From positions 62,868,001-62,932,000 of the forward strand of contig OX597831.1 in the NCBI GenBank assembly GCA_951406725.2: a stretch of 64,000 nucleotides of DNA, given 5' to 3'. Within the stretch, counting starts at the first letter, position 1. Each line of letters opens with the position of its first letter. Shown piece by piece: positions 42,229-56,714 of this stretch. The stretch is from Octopus vulgaris (Eukaryota). The notes below the pieces were generated by a model that was not told the origin of the DNA, searched no databases, and saw nothing but the letters and a program-made list of their open reading frames with translations. Both the position numbers and the translations under genes were made by a program.

Positions 42229-42510
42229 TCATAATTTGTTACCCAGGTTATAGTCGGTGAAATTTTCGTTTTCTTTGGTCGGTGTTATTTCGGCTTCCAT
42301 ATGTTGCATACTGTTGCTTAACATCTCCAAATCTTTGTAATTTACCAGCTTCTCTATGGATTTCAATAGGTTTCTTTCTGAAGGCATTGCGCTATCCGTA
42401 AGTGTACACATCCTGTCCGACTTGTCCTTGATAACGATAGCAGAATCGTTCGATTTTATCTTTCTGGTCGTGTGAATCATCATGCCCCAAAGGATAACGT
42501 CATTGCTATC
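42229..42510 (-). pseudogene. Old RLE endonuclease fragment
   Basis: ILWGMMIHTTRKIKSN..IVIKDK...EKLVNYKDLE aligns by eye with the WD...PDIV...KYKDLE region of families A/B/E. Confidence 0.6.
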
Positions 42511-42841
42511 AGTTTGAGGAACATCCTACATCTCAATTGACTTGATACTATAACGCCCAATTCTTCTCCTATATCTTCTATTACTTCTTCCACATCTTCT
42601 ACTTCTAGTTTTTCTTATTTTTCCTCCTCTTCTACCTCTCCTTCTTCCCGTTCTTCTTCCTCCAATTTCTTCTCTTCTCTTCTTCTTCCACTCATTCTCA
42701 TACTTCTTCCTCTTCTTCTTCTGCTTCCTCTTCTCCTTCTTCTTCTTCTACTTCCGCTTCCTCTTCCCCTTCTTCTTTTTCTCCTTCTTCTTCTTCCACT
42801 CCTTCTCATACTTCTTCCCCTTCTGCTTCCTCTTTCCCTTC

Positions 42842-42873
<32 letters not shown>

Positions 42874-42934
42874 CTTCTTCTTCTTCTTCTTCTCTTCTTC
42901 TTCTTCTACTTCTTTTTCTCATTATTATTAAAAC

Positions 42935-43094
42935 TAGGTCGACGAAATCGACTCCAGGATTCATTCTTTCTAAGACTAGTACTTATTCTAACGCTGTACT
43001 TCGCCAAACGATCAAGTTACGGCGACATAAACACAGCAACATCGGTTGTTAAGCGATGGTACGGTTACAAACACACATACACGTACACGTAAAG

Positions 43095-43191
<97 letters not shown>

Positions 43192-43372
43192 CTATACATA
43201 CATGTATGTATATACATATACGCGTAGAAGTAGTTGTGTGGTAAGTAGCTTGCTTTGGGACCACATGGTTCCGGGTTCAGTCCCACTGCGTGGCACCTTG
43301 GGCAAGTGTCTTCTACTATAGCCTCGAACCGACCAAAGATTTGGTAGAGAGAAACTGAAAGAACCCCTCGTA
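42935..43372. mobile_element. Two half-copies of type-2 SINE in opposite orientations around a CA/TA run
   Basis: 42935-43075 is a 3' half on minus; 43222-43372 is a 5' half on plus (ggttccgggttcagtcccactgcgtggcacc). Confidence 0.7.
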
Positions 43373-43376
43373 TATA

Positions 43377-43462
<86 letters not shown>

Positions 43463-44271
43463 TGTATGTATGTATGTATATTATTATCTTCCAATACTGA
43501 AACACGTGTAGTTCCTTCATAATTGATAATTTTTATTTTAACGTAAGTAGGGCATAATTAAGGAAGTATGTTTTATACCTTGCTGGTATTATTTCGTGAA
43601 TGTGCTCATGGTTTGTTTGAGACATCATTTAGTAACAAAAGTTGAAGGGACTGTATCATATAAACCAGGCGTGCACACATAAGTGTAATTTGTTTAGGAT
43701 CTCATGTATATTATCTTTCAGTATAGAAAGTTCAAACGATTGTGATATATGGTTATATTTGTTTGCCGTTTTAAAACCTCGTTGAAAATTCCTGCCTTTG
43801 ATAATATGTTAATGATATTCGTGTTGTATTTTATTTTTCCCCAGTGTATTTTAAATAATCGGACATATGTGTTCGCAAATATTCTTCAAAGAACTTTCTA
43901 AATATTTATGAATCTCGTTCACAACATTACAATAAAACAGTTGCCCAATACACAATGATGTTGATATGTAACCTTAAATGACGAGTTAATCTAGTATTTT
44001 GTGAATATATTTCATTTGATACAAAGCATGAGACATTTCCACATCTATTTAAATTTACAACTACTTCAAAGTGGGACCATGTGAGAGGGCTTAAGTGATC
44101 ACATGTCCAGCTAGAAAATGCAGCCAAAATGTCTCTCAAAACACATCCACACCACTTTAGAAAAGCAAATATTGAACATTGTTGTCCTGACGTGTTGCAC
44201 ATAAGAAAAATATAGAATTCCTTCCATTAGAAATTTGAGAGTCCAGGCCTGACTCTGTGGTTAAACAATAA

Positions 44272-44656
44272 CGAGAGTGGCTGTGTGGTAAGTAGCTTGC
44301 TAACCAACTACATGGTTCCGGGTCCAATCCCACTTGGGCAAATGTCTTCTGCTATAGCCCCGGGCCGACCAATGCCTTGTGAGTGGATTTGGTAGACGGA
44401 AACTGAAAGAAGCCCGTCGTATATATATATATATGTGTATGTTTGTGTGTTGTGTTTGTCCCACTCACCCCACATCGCTTGACAACCGATGCTGGTGTGT
44501 TTACGTCCCCGTCAGTTAGCGGTTCGGCAAAAGAGACCGATAGAATAAGTACTGGGCTTACAAAGAATAAGTCCCGGGGTCGAGTTGCTCGACTACAGGC
44601 GGTGCTCCAGCGTGGCCGCAGTCAAATGACTGAAACAAGTAAAAGAGTAAAAGAGA
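44272..44656 (+). mobile_element. tRNA-derived SINE, type 2, full length
   Basis: tggctgtgtggtaag (A box), gggtccaatccc (B-box-like), internal (TA)/(TG), tail aagtaaaagagtaaaagag. Confidence 0.88.
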
Positions 44657-44828
44657 TAAATAACTATTTTCACACATTGAAAAATCTTCTAGTGAATCCA
44701 TTGTAACTGTGAACAATATGAATTGAGAAACATAAAATGGAGAAATAACCGTTTCTACCCTTTATAGATTTAATTTGGGTTCGAAGCAATTTGTACCGCA
44801 TACAAGATTAATGACGGTGATAATAATA

Positions 44829-44946
<118 letters not shown>

Positions 44947-44972
44947 TTGATAATAATAGTAATTATAATAAT

Positions 44973-45030
<58 letters not shown>

Positions 45031-45031
<1 letters not shown>

Positions 45032-48000
45032 TGCATAATATTTCCAGAAGCGAACATCAGAGCTCTTGAAAGACAGTGAGTACATAAATTGATTGATTAA
45101 TTAATTAATTAATTAAATAAGTATATATGCAACTGTTTATGCATACACGTACACATTTTAATTATAAAGCATAAATAATGCTTACACGCGCTCACACGTA
45201 CACACAGAAAGACAAACCACGTGTCGTGTCGCGGACGAAACAAAACAAAAACAAAGCGATTTTTCACGAACAAACGCAAACAAGAGCAAATTGGTCACTG
45301 AATTTAGAAGTCACTGAACAGTTATGCCCGGAAACATGTCTACCAAAAGAAATAGAGGCGAAGTTGGATCTGTAAGTCTCATGCAAGTTCGATATGACCA
45401 ATATATTAATTCGGAGAATTCAGAAGCGGTGTCTTGTCAAAAAGTTGACCCTGTACAAACAGTCCCTTCTTCTAACGTCACCGTCACAGAAGCGGCGTCT
45501 TGTCAAAAAGTTGACTCTGAAAAAATGGACCCCTCTGATGTCGCCGTCAATCATTTAGTGAAAACAAGCCAAAAATCATGCCGGATCGGTCATCGCCAGG
45601 GCAACAAGGACCGCGTTACCCAGTAGGGAACCAGACTGGGGTCGAAAAGTTTGCTGCTGGAACAAACTCTCAAAATGACGATCTACCAGGTGACCAGAAC
45701 AAGAATACTTCTAACTCTGGACTTGTAGTGACAGCACCAAAAACACCACCTAAAGCAAAACGTATAAAATGGACCAGAGAGGACTATAGAAATGTGTTGA
45801 AAGCTTTTTATACAGACCAACTAAACCCAAACAATAACCTCAGTGTACAAAAATACATCTCATGGAGAAATTCCGTAGGCAACGAAGTACGTAGATATAT
45901 AGACGCAAATAAATTAAGTAATGTACGCAGAGATATAATTAAAAACAAAAGACTAACTGACACTGAAATTGACCAAATTAGAACACTAATAGCTCATGGT
46001 AGACCAAAAGAAAACAGCAACAATGTAGACAAAATAGGTAACAGTAGCACAGAAGCCAGTGTACAAGCGGTAAATCAACTTCCCAATGGGGAAGTTAAAC
46101 AAAGAATAGCGAAGAAGAGAGATTTGAAAAAAATGGAGAACGTAGACCTCCCTCAAGAAAACCAAATTAGATATGGCATAGAATTTGAGGTGAATAATAG
46201 AGAAAAGATTATGGAAGCAAAAGTGGACATTATGAGAGAACTCGGCAAGATTGAGCTCACTGACATGGTTAATAGAGAACCGCTACCAAAGCTTTCAAAC
46301 GGCACAAGGAATAACAACACAATCATGACATATAACGTTGCCCTAGGACAGGTTTTAAGAAATAAGGGGAATGATCTGACAACCTTAAATAATCTCATCT
46401 ATTCCACTGCTAAAGTAGTAACTACCCAACTAGGTATTAAGATGACAAATAAAAAGGCCAGGCATGTCAATGAACCTCCTAAGCGATACAAAAAGAGATT
46501 GAATCTCTGCGGGCGGATGTTTCACTTCTCGATGAGCTTGCTAGAGGAGTGAATATTAAGTCGAGAAAAGCTAGAAAAATCAAGCAAAAATATAAAATCA
46601 AAGACCTCATAAACCTCCCCGCAACTAAGGAATTGTTGAAACAACGGATACAGTTGAAAGCCCTACGGCTTAGAAAGTATGACAAAAGAAACAGATTTTA
46701 TCGACAAAATAAATTTAAGACAGATGCAAAGAAATTTTATAGGGAAATTGGGAAAAATAAAATATAAATAGAAGATCCACCTAAGATTGAGGAAGTGGAG
46801 GAGTTCTGGAAGAAGGTATGGACCAACGAAAAAGAGTTTAATGCTGAGAAAGGGAGACTGGATGAACTTGAAGAACAGAAATGGGAAGCAATAAGAATAG
46901 AGAAGCTAAGGTGTGTCCTTAGGAAGGCTCATAAATGGAAAACCCCAGGACTGGATCGGATCCCTAACTTCTGGCTGAATTGTTTGACAGAGGTACACGA
47001 AAATCTCATGGATCTCTGTCTGATGTCATTCAGAACACAGAGCAAATACCTGCTTGGCTGACTGAAGAAGCCACCTACCTATTACCTAAAACCGAAGACA
47101 CAAAAAAACCCAAAGAATTATCGGCCAATAACATGTCTCAACACCGCCTACAAAATCCTCATATCCATAATAACGGAGAGAATGTACGCTTTCCTTGAAC
47201 AAAACTCTATCCTTCCACAAGCTCAAAAAGGTTGTAAAAGAAACTCTTATGGGTGCAAAGACCAATTGCTCATAAACAGAATGATTGTAGAGAATTGCCG
47301 GAGCAAAAACAAAAACCTGAGTATGGCATGGATAGACTACAGGAAAGCGTTTGACAGTGTCCCACATAAATGGATACTCAAGGCCCTTGAGATATACAAG
47401 ATCTCTCCTGTCGTCTCAAAATTCTTACAGAATAGCATGACCGTGTGGAACACACGTCTCTTTCTAAGCCATAGTAATGGGATGAGCCAGTCCAAAAGCA
47501 TCAACATCAAACGTGGCATCTTTCAAGGTGACTCCCTCTCTCCATTACTTTTTTGCATGGCACTAATCCCACTCTCAAACGAATTGGATAGTACCAGATA
47601 TGGGTACAAAGTCTTTAGTAAGTAAATAAACCACTTTTTCTATATGGACGAACCTAAGCTGTTTGCCAGGAATGACCAAGAGCTAGAAGGGCTGCCAACA
47701 ACTGTTAAAGAGTTTAGCAATGATATCGAAATGGATTTTGGCCTTGATAAGTGTGCTAAAGCAACTTTTGTAAGAGGCAAGCTCAGGCAAACAGATTCTG
47801 TTAAATTGACACTACCATCAAGTAACTTGACCCACAAGAAAGTTACAAATACCTAGGAATCAACAAAGGAGATGGTATACATCATGCTACTATGAAGGAA
47901 AAAATAAGGAATACTATAGGAGAATAAGGCTTGTACTGAAGACTGAACTCAACTCCAAAAATTGCATTGAGGTCATTAACACCCTGGCACTTCCAGTAGT

Positions 48001-49337
48001 CCAGTACAGTTTTAACATCATTAACAGGAACCTTACGGAACTCCAACGCTTGGACAGGAAGACAAGAAAATTACTCACATCCAAGAACATGCACCACCTT
48101 AGGGCAGATGTAGACCGCCTGTACCTACCTAGAAGCAGCGGGGGGAGAGGAACGATGCAATTAGAGCTGTGCTATAAGACCTCCACTGTAGGAATGAACA
48201 GGTACCTATCTAGTACAAAGGACTGGATGCTGCGACTTGTGTGCGAACACGAAAGCAGCAAAAAGCTGCATTCTATTGTCAAGGAAGCTTATAAGTTCAA
48301 AAGGTAACTAGACATTAACCTTGAATCAGATGAAGAGCCGGAAACCACTGCTACCAAGCAAGCAAAGCGAATCAAGCAGACTGCAAAAAAGAACGGGCAG
48401 AATCAAATTGAGAGGCGGTGGAGCCAGAAACCCCTGCATGGACAATATATTCTCCGAAGCCAAAATGCTGATGTAGACCAAGCAACAACCCATCAGTGGC
48501 TGAAGAGTTCAGGATTGAAAGCAGAAACTGAAGGCTTCATACTGGCAGCACAAGATCAAAGCTTGTTTACCAGAAATTACCAGGCTAGCGTTCTCCGTAA
48601 CGGTACTGACCCTAAATGCAGATTCTACGACACATTTGACGAAACAATAGACCATCTCGTTTCGGGATGTCCTGTGCTGACACCAAACGAATACAAAAAT
48701 TGCCACGATAGGGTAGGACAGTATATACATTGGAAGATATGTAAACGCTACAAATTCGGCATTCCTGCTAACTGGTATGAACATCATCCTCAGCCAGTTG
48801 TTGAAGGTAAAAATGTCACCATCTTCTGGGATTTTCCAGTCAACACTGACAGAACGATCAAGGCTAATCGACCAGACATAATTGTTAAAGACAGGGAAGA
48901 AAATACCTGCAGACTAATAGAGGTAAGCATCCTCACTGATAACAATATATCTGTAAAGGAATTTGACAAACTTAGTAAGTATAAGGAGCTGGAAATCGAA
49001 ATACAAAAGATGTGGAATCTTAAAACAAAAACTGTTCCTGTTATTGTAGGTGCCCTAGGTATGATAAAAAAAAGGATGTCAGAAACACCTAGACAATATC
49101 CCTGAAGAACCATGTCTCAAGGAATTCCAAAAGATTGTGCCAACAAGTACTGCCCACATCCTTAGAAAAACCCTATCAATGAAAATGTTTGTGTTGTATC
49201 ACATGGAGATATTTCTCTACTTCCCCTCCACAAGCTTTCAGCTATATTTCAACAACTCTTAACCTTCACTTGCCCTAGGGCGCTGGGTGTGCCCCGGCAA
49301 GTGATTGCATCAAACATGCAGATTAAAAGTAAATGAC
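45031..49337 (+). mobile_element. Near full-length RLE non-LTR retrotransposon (R4/Dong-like), family E, multiply frameshifted
   Basis: Broken ORF ~45324-49190: N-terminal domain, KTPGLD, WIDYRKAFDS, GIFQGDSLSP, YMDE, knuckle and RPDII RLE. (TAA)n at 44820-45030 and 49338-49407. 5' boundary uncertain. Confidence 0.92.
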
Positions 49338-49407
<70 letters not shown>

Positions 49408-51490
49408 GTCCTTTCTACTACAGATACAACGCCTGAAATGTTGGAGGATGAGAATAGCATCGATTCCAGTACACGACTGCATCGATCCCAATGCTCCACT
49501 GCTACTAATTTTTATTGCCTCCAAAAGGCTCCAAAAGTGGTAATTTAAATTAGAACATGAAGACGGAGGAAAAGCCGCTAAGAATTTTGTCTGAAGTGAT
49601 ACCAGAGTGTCATCACTAACTTAACAAATACACTGAAGGCTATGTTAAGCTGAAAATGTCTAATTATTCCGAAACGTTACTGGAGTTACCGCTGTGAGGT
49701 ACAATTTGTATTTGTCAACCTATATTATTCTCTTCGCCGTATTTCATTTTTAGTCAATTAAACTTCTCCTTCATTAAATTAATTGTGATGTCACCAACTT
49801 GGGTATAGTTGTTTTCGGGCTGATGACGTCTCTGGGTATTTATTTTCTGTTTTTATCTATCATCGTTTAAATGTTTTTTACGACAGAAGCACTCATCAAT
49901 TCTTCACTTTATACTTGTCAAGAGAAATCAGGAGAAAATTTGAAAGACTTCTAGAGTATATATGATCCAAATTTTGAAATTGTTTTCCTCTAATTATTAA
50001 TATGTATATACTTTAGAAAGCCCCAGAGAAGTGCTTTGCACTTTGTAAAAGTTAAACGACTTAAATTAATATTCGATTACTTCTAAATAAAATCAAGGAA
50101 TACTGTTAAACATTCGAGTAGAGCATATGCACACCAAATAAGAACTGAATTCTATTTTAATTGTATTCGTACTTTTTCTTTACAAAAGAAATGAATACAA
50201 ATGTTTGCTTTCGTTTTTAATGATGGAAATAAGAATGAACATTTCATTCGAAATAGATGCTATGTTTTTTTTCCTTTTGCGGATGTACGTGTGAGTGTGT
50301 TTGTTTTGAATGGGATCTTTTCTTCAATAGAGATAGTTTCTAATCCATTTTGTGAAATATTTATTTGCTATTTGAAATGGTAGAGAATGTGCATTTCTTT
50401 TTACATATTACGATGGAGAGTTTTATTCTCATTTTTACGTTCCTTCTAGTTACACCACCATATTCTCATATTGACTTCCTTCAAGGGATAACTTAGTACA
50501 GTTTGAAAAATATTCATCGTAATTCAATAATTCTAAAAAAGAACTCATTTTAATTTCCATAGAATATACCTTTGAGTGTTCTTTGGAATTCCTTTGAAAC
50601 TTTAAAAGAGAGAATGATAATATATGAAATTCTGTTCAACGTTCTTTATTATTTTCAAAATCATTTTCACACAACTTTTCTTTCTCACAGAAAATGTAGG
50701 AAATATATTGCGTGGATATTATTTAAGCACAAAAAATTACAAACCAATAATATAAGAGTTGCGGTGTAGCAATGCTCCAAAGAGTAGTTAACGCTTAATG
50801 AAGCCCATAAAAACTAACAAATGTTCCCATCTGATTGATTTATTTTCCCTGGGATGTAACTACAAACACAGATATTATCTAGCCATTGACTTACACAACC
50901 GATATTAATTAAATCATATTGAAATAAAATTGTTATCTTAGAAATGATATACAATGTATATATTAAATTCTTTCATACACCCCATTATATGGCCGTGAAG
51001 AAAAATATATTATTATATATTGTTAGAGGAAATTACTTTTGATAGTGGACTGAGGATATTAGGATGTTAAACAATATTTCCATCAACACTGAATAACTCT
51101 CAGCCCTATGCAATGTTATACTTTACTTCACGTTAAAGTGATGTTCTCTACTATTCCCATTGGAGACACACGCACGCATACACACATAAAAGCGCGTACA
51201 GAGACTGTCACACGCAAACACAAGCATATATAGAGACCTGAGTGCATCTCAATTAAACACCTCTTGAGGTTACACAAAAAAATCTCATCAGAAATAGTTG
51301 ACTACATACCACTTTCTTATTACGGGGTGATGGCATGATTGTTAAGCTGTTTTAAGAAGCAGACCGAAATTTCTCTCAAACTGTAGCTTACGCGCCTATA
51401 TAAAATCAAGTTGTAATAATGCATCAATCTGCGTGTGGTGCTGTTTGTAACCCACCTAAAATTTTTGTTAAGGGTAAGTTACTTACACTT

Positions 51491-51678
51491 AGGGATCGTG
51501 TATCACAGAAATGTCATGATGTAAAGTGTAAAGGGGAAGCAGATAAGGTTTATCCGTGGAAAGAAAAGCCTACGAAAAAGGACTACGTTAATCTCGGTCA
51601 ATAATGTCACATGTTAACACATTTATTTGCAACTAAGTAACTCTCTGTTTTAAATTTTCCCCGGTTAGATAAATAGAT

Positions 51679-51719
<41 letters not shown>

Positions 51720-51830
51720 AAAATAAATAGATATATAGGTAGATAGACAAATAGATAGATAGATAGACAGATAGATAGATATATAGATAGATAGATAGAA
51801 AAATAAATAGATATATAGGTAGATAGACAA

Positions 51831-51894
<64 letters not shown>

Positions 51895-51960
51895 ATATAT
51901 AGATAGATAGATAAGATAGATAGATAGATTGACAGATATACATATATATATAGATAGATG

Positions 51961-51992
<32 letters not shown>

Positions 51993-52566
51993 CATACATA
52001 CATACATACATACATACATACATACATACATACATACATACAAACGTACATACATACATACATACATACATACATACATACATACATACATACATACATA
52101 CATACATACATACATACATACATACATACATACATACATACATACATACATAGATTGGCTGCTGAAATTTATTAACTGCAGAGCAATTTCCGGCCTCAGC
52201 ACGCCAAAATGAAGACATTTGAAAAATATACCCCAATGTAATTTGTAGAACATTATACCTGAAGATTTCGGTTGAGCAGTCTGTATCTAGTTCTGGAAAT
52301 TATGTTTTGTAAGCGACAAACTACGCTGACGACCTTGCAGATGTCTGCGTGTTTGCATACTTAGATATTAACAAGTGAAACCATTGATACGTAGGTAATC
52401 GTTTTTATTTTGTATAATTTCATTTGTCTTGCACATTCTTTATTTTTGGCGTTTTGTTGAGATTTTTCTTGAGAACACACTCTTCGGGGTAATGGCGATT
52501 TGACGTCTATGTTTAGCATATTAAGTGTCCACTTTAGTGGTCATTCCTCTTAATCTTGTAGATAGG

Positions 52567-52616
<50 letters not shown>

Positions 52617-52927
52617 TGTTTCTTTATTAGCTACACAGGGCTGCACAAAGACGGGACAAATTACAAAGTAGAGCTTTTCTTTTTGGAGAGAAAAAAAGTG
52701 GGGTAGGTTTTCGATCAAAAGGGATCGTAAAAAGGGGAAAAAACGATCCATAGGGATCGTGTATCACAGAAATGTCATGTTGTAAAGTGTAAAGGGGGAA
52801 ACAGAAAAGTTTTATACGTGAAAAGAAAAGCTTACGGAAAAGTCCACGGTAATCTCGGTCAATAATCTCACATGTTAACACATTTATTAGCAAGTAAGTA
52901 ACTCTCTGTTTTAAATTTTTCCTGGTT
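51491..52927 (-). repeat. Two copies of a non-coding interspersed repeat (51491-51666, 52616-52927) around (GATA)n/(CATA)n arrays
   Basis: ~176-bp direct match between 51491-51666 and 52752-52927; the longer copy ends AATAAAgaaac on minus next to (ATCT)n. Confidence 0.8.
51667..52150. repeat. (GATA)n followed by (CATA)n
   Basis: Directly visible; includes a duplicated gatagaaaaataaatagatatataggtagatagacaaa variant block. Confidence 0.97.
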
Positions 52928-53213
52928 CATAGAATTATGCTCAAGGTGGCTTCGTCATTCATACGTGCCACACTTGCTACATTCACCCATCTTTTTTTGA
53001 AACATTCGCTTAACAAAAGATAGATAGATAGACTCTTTATTACACACACGCACACAAATAAATATATGTACACGTATTAGTCTGTGTTTTTATGCATGCA
53101 TATATATGTGAGACTGAGTGCTTACAAAAATATATGCTTATATATCTCTCTGCCAATTTATAAATATAGATATAAACATGTATGTGTGTACGTGAGTGAG
53201 TGCGAGCACACAT

Positions 53214-53304
<91 letters not shown>

Positions 53305-54330
53305 AGAAACTATTGTGTAAGACGTAGGGATTGGGGTCCACTCTCTTAATAAGCCACATACCACTTTCTGTTGGAATGCAGACAACAATGACGTTTGAAA
53401 GCCATTTGAACACTAGACAAATGTAATATATAACAACTTGTTGTCTGAAGCACTGGATGTGTGATATGTCGGTCAACAGTCGAGTTAATTTCACTCGGAA
53501 CAGCATGAAAGGCTACAGAAATATGTTGATAGTTTTGCAGATAAGTAGGTAGTCACCTGACAATGTTGATACGTGGAAGACGGCTGTTAAATATTGGTAG
53601 GAATGTAGGTTGGTATTGTAGGTGTGTCTATATATGTAGGTGTATACATGTGTGGATATATGACGATATATGTACATATATGTATGTATTTATGTGTATA
53701 TATATTTATATATGCGTGTGTGTGTGCGTGTGTATATATATGAATATATATATATATATATTTATGTGCATACATATATATATGTGTGTGTGTGCGAGAA
53801 TGCTTCCATGCGTGGATGAGTAGTAGCATAGGTACGTAAGTGAGAAGATAATTAGACAAGTAGGCTATAAGTAGTTAAGCTGTTTTCTTAGTTGTTAGAG
53901 CTAGGTACAAGATGATCCAGCAGACCTGTTATCATTTACGTTCCCACCATGGCCATCTCTTCTACTCCTGGATATTCAAGGATGTGCTGTGAGACATTAA
54001 TTATTTCTACTTTTTTTTTTCATTCATTTTATTCGTATTGAATACACTAAATGACCTGATATACTCGCCATGCCTTGGTTTTGCTCTCCATTCCCTTTTA
54101 ATATATACCTGCTTACGCGGAAGCCTGCTACGGATCCCTAGTTCCAACCTCAACTATGAACTTGGACCCTAATGGATGATCAATTATAGAACTTACGCAG
54201 CGTACCTATTCGTTTAGATCATCAGCGAACTAAACCCAGCATATTCTATTCTATACATACATACATACATACATACATACATACATACATACATACATAC
54301 ATACATACATACATACATACATACATACAT

Positions 54331-54881
54331 GTTGGTTGCCCCCTCGTTATCGAATATAGCCATTGCGCGAAGGTTAATCAATGTTATCCTTGTGCAATGC
54401 CTGTGCAAGAAGATTTTTTTTAAGTGAGGAAAGGCTGTGCACTGAATCAATCCCACTCACTAAGCAACAGCAGCCATAATCCGAAAAGAAGAACAAATCA
54501 GCATCATCGGTAACCACTGAGCCGCAGGTTTATGTCGGAGTTATCCCAGTTACCTGAGTTACCTTCTTCTAGAAGGATGCCCTAACAAAGCCTAGGAGTC
54601 CTTCACTCCCAATGGCTTAACCGCGCGATCGAGTATTCAGTCCGATTATTTCTGTGTCCCCGCGCATGATACAGCCTTAAGACATTTATTGGATGGCCGT
54701 TGTCTCTCAAGTGTTCCTCCGCCCTTTGACGGGTTTTGTTTTTCATCCCGCAGGGTGTCCAATAAACACCCTCCTCACCAAGCAAGCTTGGTGGGGTTGC
54801 CGGTTTAGTCGCCGACGACCAGACCATGCAACAGGTTGTTCTGGATTACATGTTACCAGTAACACTCGAAAGTGACCTGAC
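54331..54881 (-). mobile_element. Bipartite non-autonomous RTE-like element (structured 5' part fused to 3' UTR)
   Basis: 54331-54517 matches the 3' UTR at 37627-37813; 54518-54881 is GC-richer, hairpin-rich and non-coding; (ATGT)n tail. Confidence 0.6.
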
Positions 54882-54895
54882 ATACAAATCTGCAG

Positions 54896-54927
<32 letters not shown>

Positions 54928-54959
54928 GCATACATACATGTACAAAAGGGATAGTGATC

Positions 54960-55570
54960 CATGAAAAGCAGTAAAATGTGGCAACCGATGCAGACTTTCT
55001 GGAGTTAACACTGAAGATATCACACACATAAAAAGCAGTTGTCCGAACATGTCATCACGGTTTTATCTACTGATGAGACATGATGCTGGAGCTAGGATAC
55101 TCTATAATGAAATCCATCGGAAGGATAACCCCAAGGACAAATAAATTAGTCTGGTAAAAGACATAGCCAATTAAAAGGGGTGCTGGTGGAATGTCCCAGT
55201 GAAGACCTCACTAAAATATAAGCACAACACGTTTGATATAATGATTTGGGATAGAGAAGAGAAGCTGTTCACAGTTATGGAAATTAGCTGCCTAGCGGAT
55301 GTTAACATAAAGCTGAAGATCAATGAAAAAGAGAATAGTTACGCTGAAATATTGAGAAACTTACAGTTACTCTATTTAGATTACAATTTTAGGTTTATAC
55401 CTGTAATTATTATGGCACTGGGATATGTAACATACTGCTTAAATACCAATTTTGAGAAATTAGGCCTCTTGAATTCAGAAAGGACAAAGCTAATTCGAAG
55501 CATACATATCCAGTCCATCACTGGGACCGTTAAAATCTGTAGAACTTTACACATGACTAGCATTTAAATA
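54960..55570 (+). pseudogene. Decayed RLE retrotransposon 3' part in (CATA)n context
   Basis: EDITHIKSSCPNMS knuckle remnant; WNVPVKT...HNTFDIMIWDR...EISC...KENSY...IPVIIMALG. Confidence 0.7.
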
Positions 55571-55674
55571 TAGATAAGCATATCTAGATATGTAACTATA
55601 CGCATGACAATACATACATAAAACAAAACATACAAATCTGCACACATACATACATACATACATACATACATACA

Positions 55675-55710
<36 letters not shown>

Positions 55711-55854
55711 CATATCCTGTTGTTGATGTTGAAATTCCAACGAACGAGCCTTGGCTCGTTCTATAAAAAACATTGAATTGGAACTGAATAATGGCATACG
55801 TAGATAGATAGATAGATATATAGATAGTTATGTATGTATGTATGTTGCATAAAT

Positions 55855-56355
55855 ATGACGGGCTCCTTTTTGTTTCCCTCTACCAAAACGACTCACAAGG
55901 CTTTGGTTGGTCCGAGGCTATTTAAGTGGGACAGAACCGCGAACGATGCGACTGGTAAGCAAGCTTGTTAGCACACAGCCACGGTTGCGCCTAAGATAAT
56001 GAAGGCGATAGAATTTAATAATGTAAGAGATAATACAGTTAAATTTGGGAAAACACAAATGGAAGATAGTACGAGAAGATGGGAGCTAGATTGTTAAGTA
56101 GGTCAGGCTATTCTTTTAGTTTTTGCTATCGCTTTTTCTACAGATTGGTAGTAATGATTTTGGCACAAGGCTAGCAATTTGGAGGGAGGAGGTAAACCTC
56201 ACTCAGTGCTCAGCTGGTACTTATTTTATTTACCCAGAAAAAAAATTAACAGCAAAGCCGACCTTGGTCCAATTTGAACTCAGAACGTAAAGATGGATGA
56301 AATGTCGCTCAGCATTTTACGTGGGGGTTTTAACAATTCTGCCAGCTCGCCGCCT
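55855..56355 (-). mobile_element. Degenerate SINE pieces (type-2 5' half 55855-55992; type 1 at 56157-56355)
   Basis: Matches to the type-2 head and to aatttgaactcagaacgtaaag...gccagctcgccgcc. Confidence 0.65.
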
Positions 56356-56674
56356 AATAGATAGGTAATATTAAAGTTACAGATATTTACTCGCGTTAGT
56401 GTGTGTGTGTCCAATAGTAGGAGCCCAAATTCTGATGAGAGATTTTAAGTTGTCTTACACCAGGGTAGAGTAAATGCGTGATGGTGTCTTTTACCTTATA
56501 ATCTTTTATTAGTTTCAGTATATTTGGTAGGCGCTATTCCTTATCATTAATTAGTCCTTGACGTGTCTTCAGACGAAACAGGACGAACATTTTTTGGAGT
56601 GTGGGAGTGTGTGTGCGCGCACGTGCGTATTTGTGTGTGTGTGTGTGTGTATGTATGTGAGTATATGCATGTAT

Positions 56675-56714
<40 letters not shown>

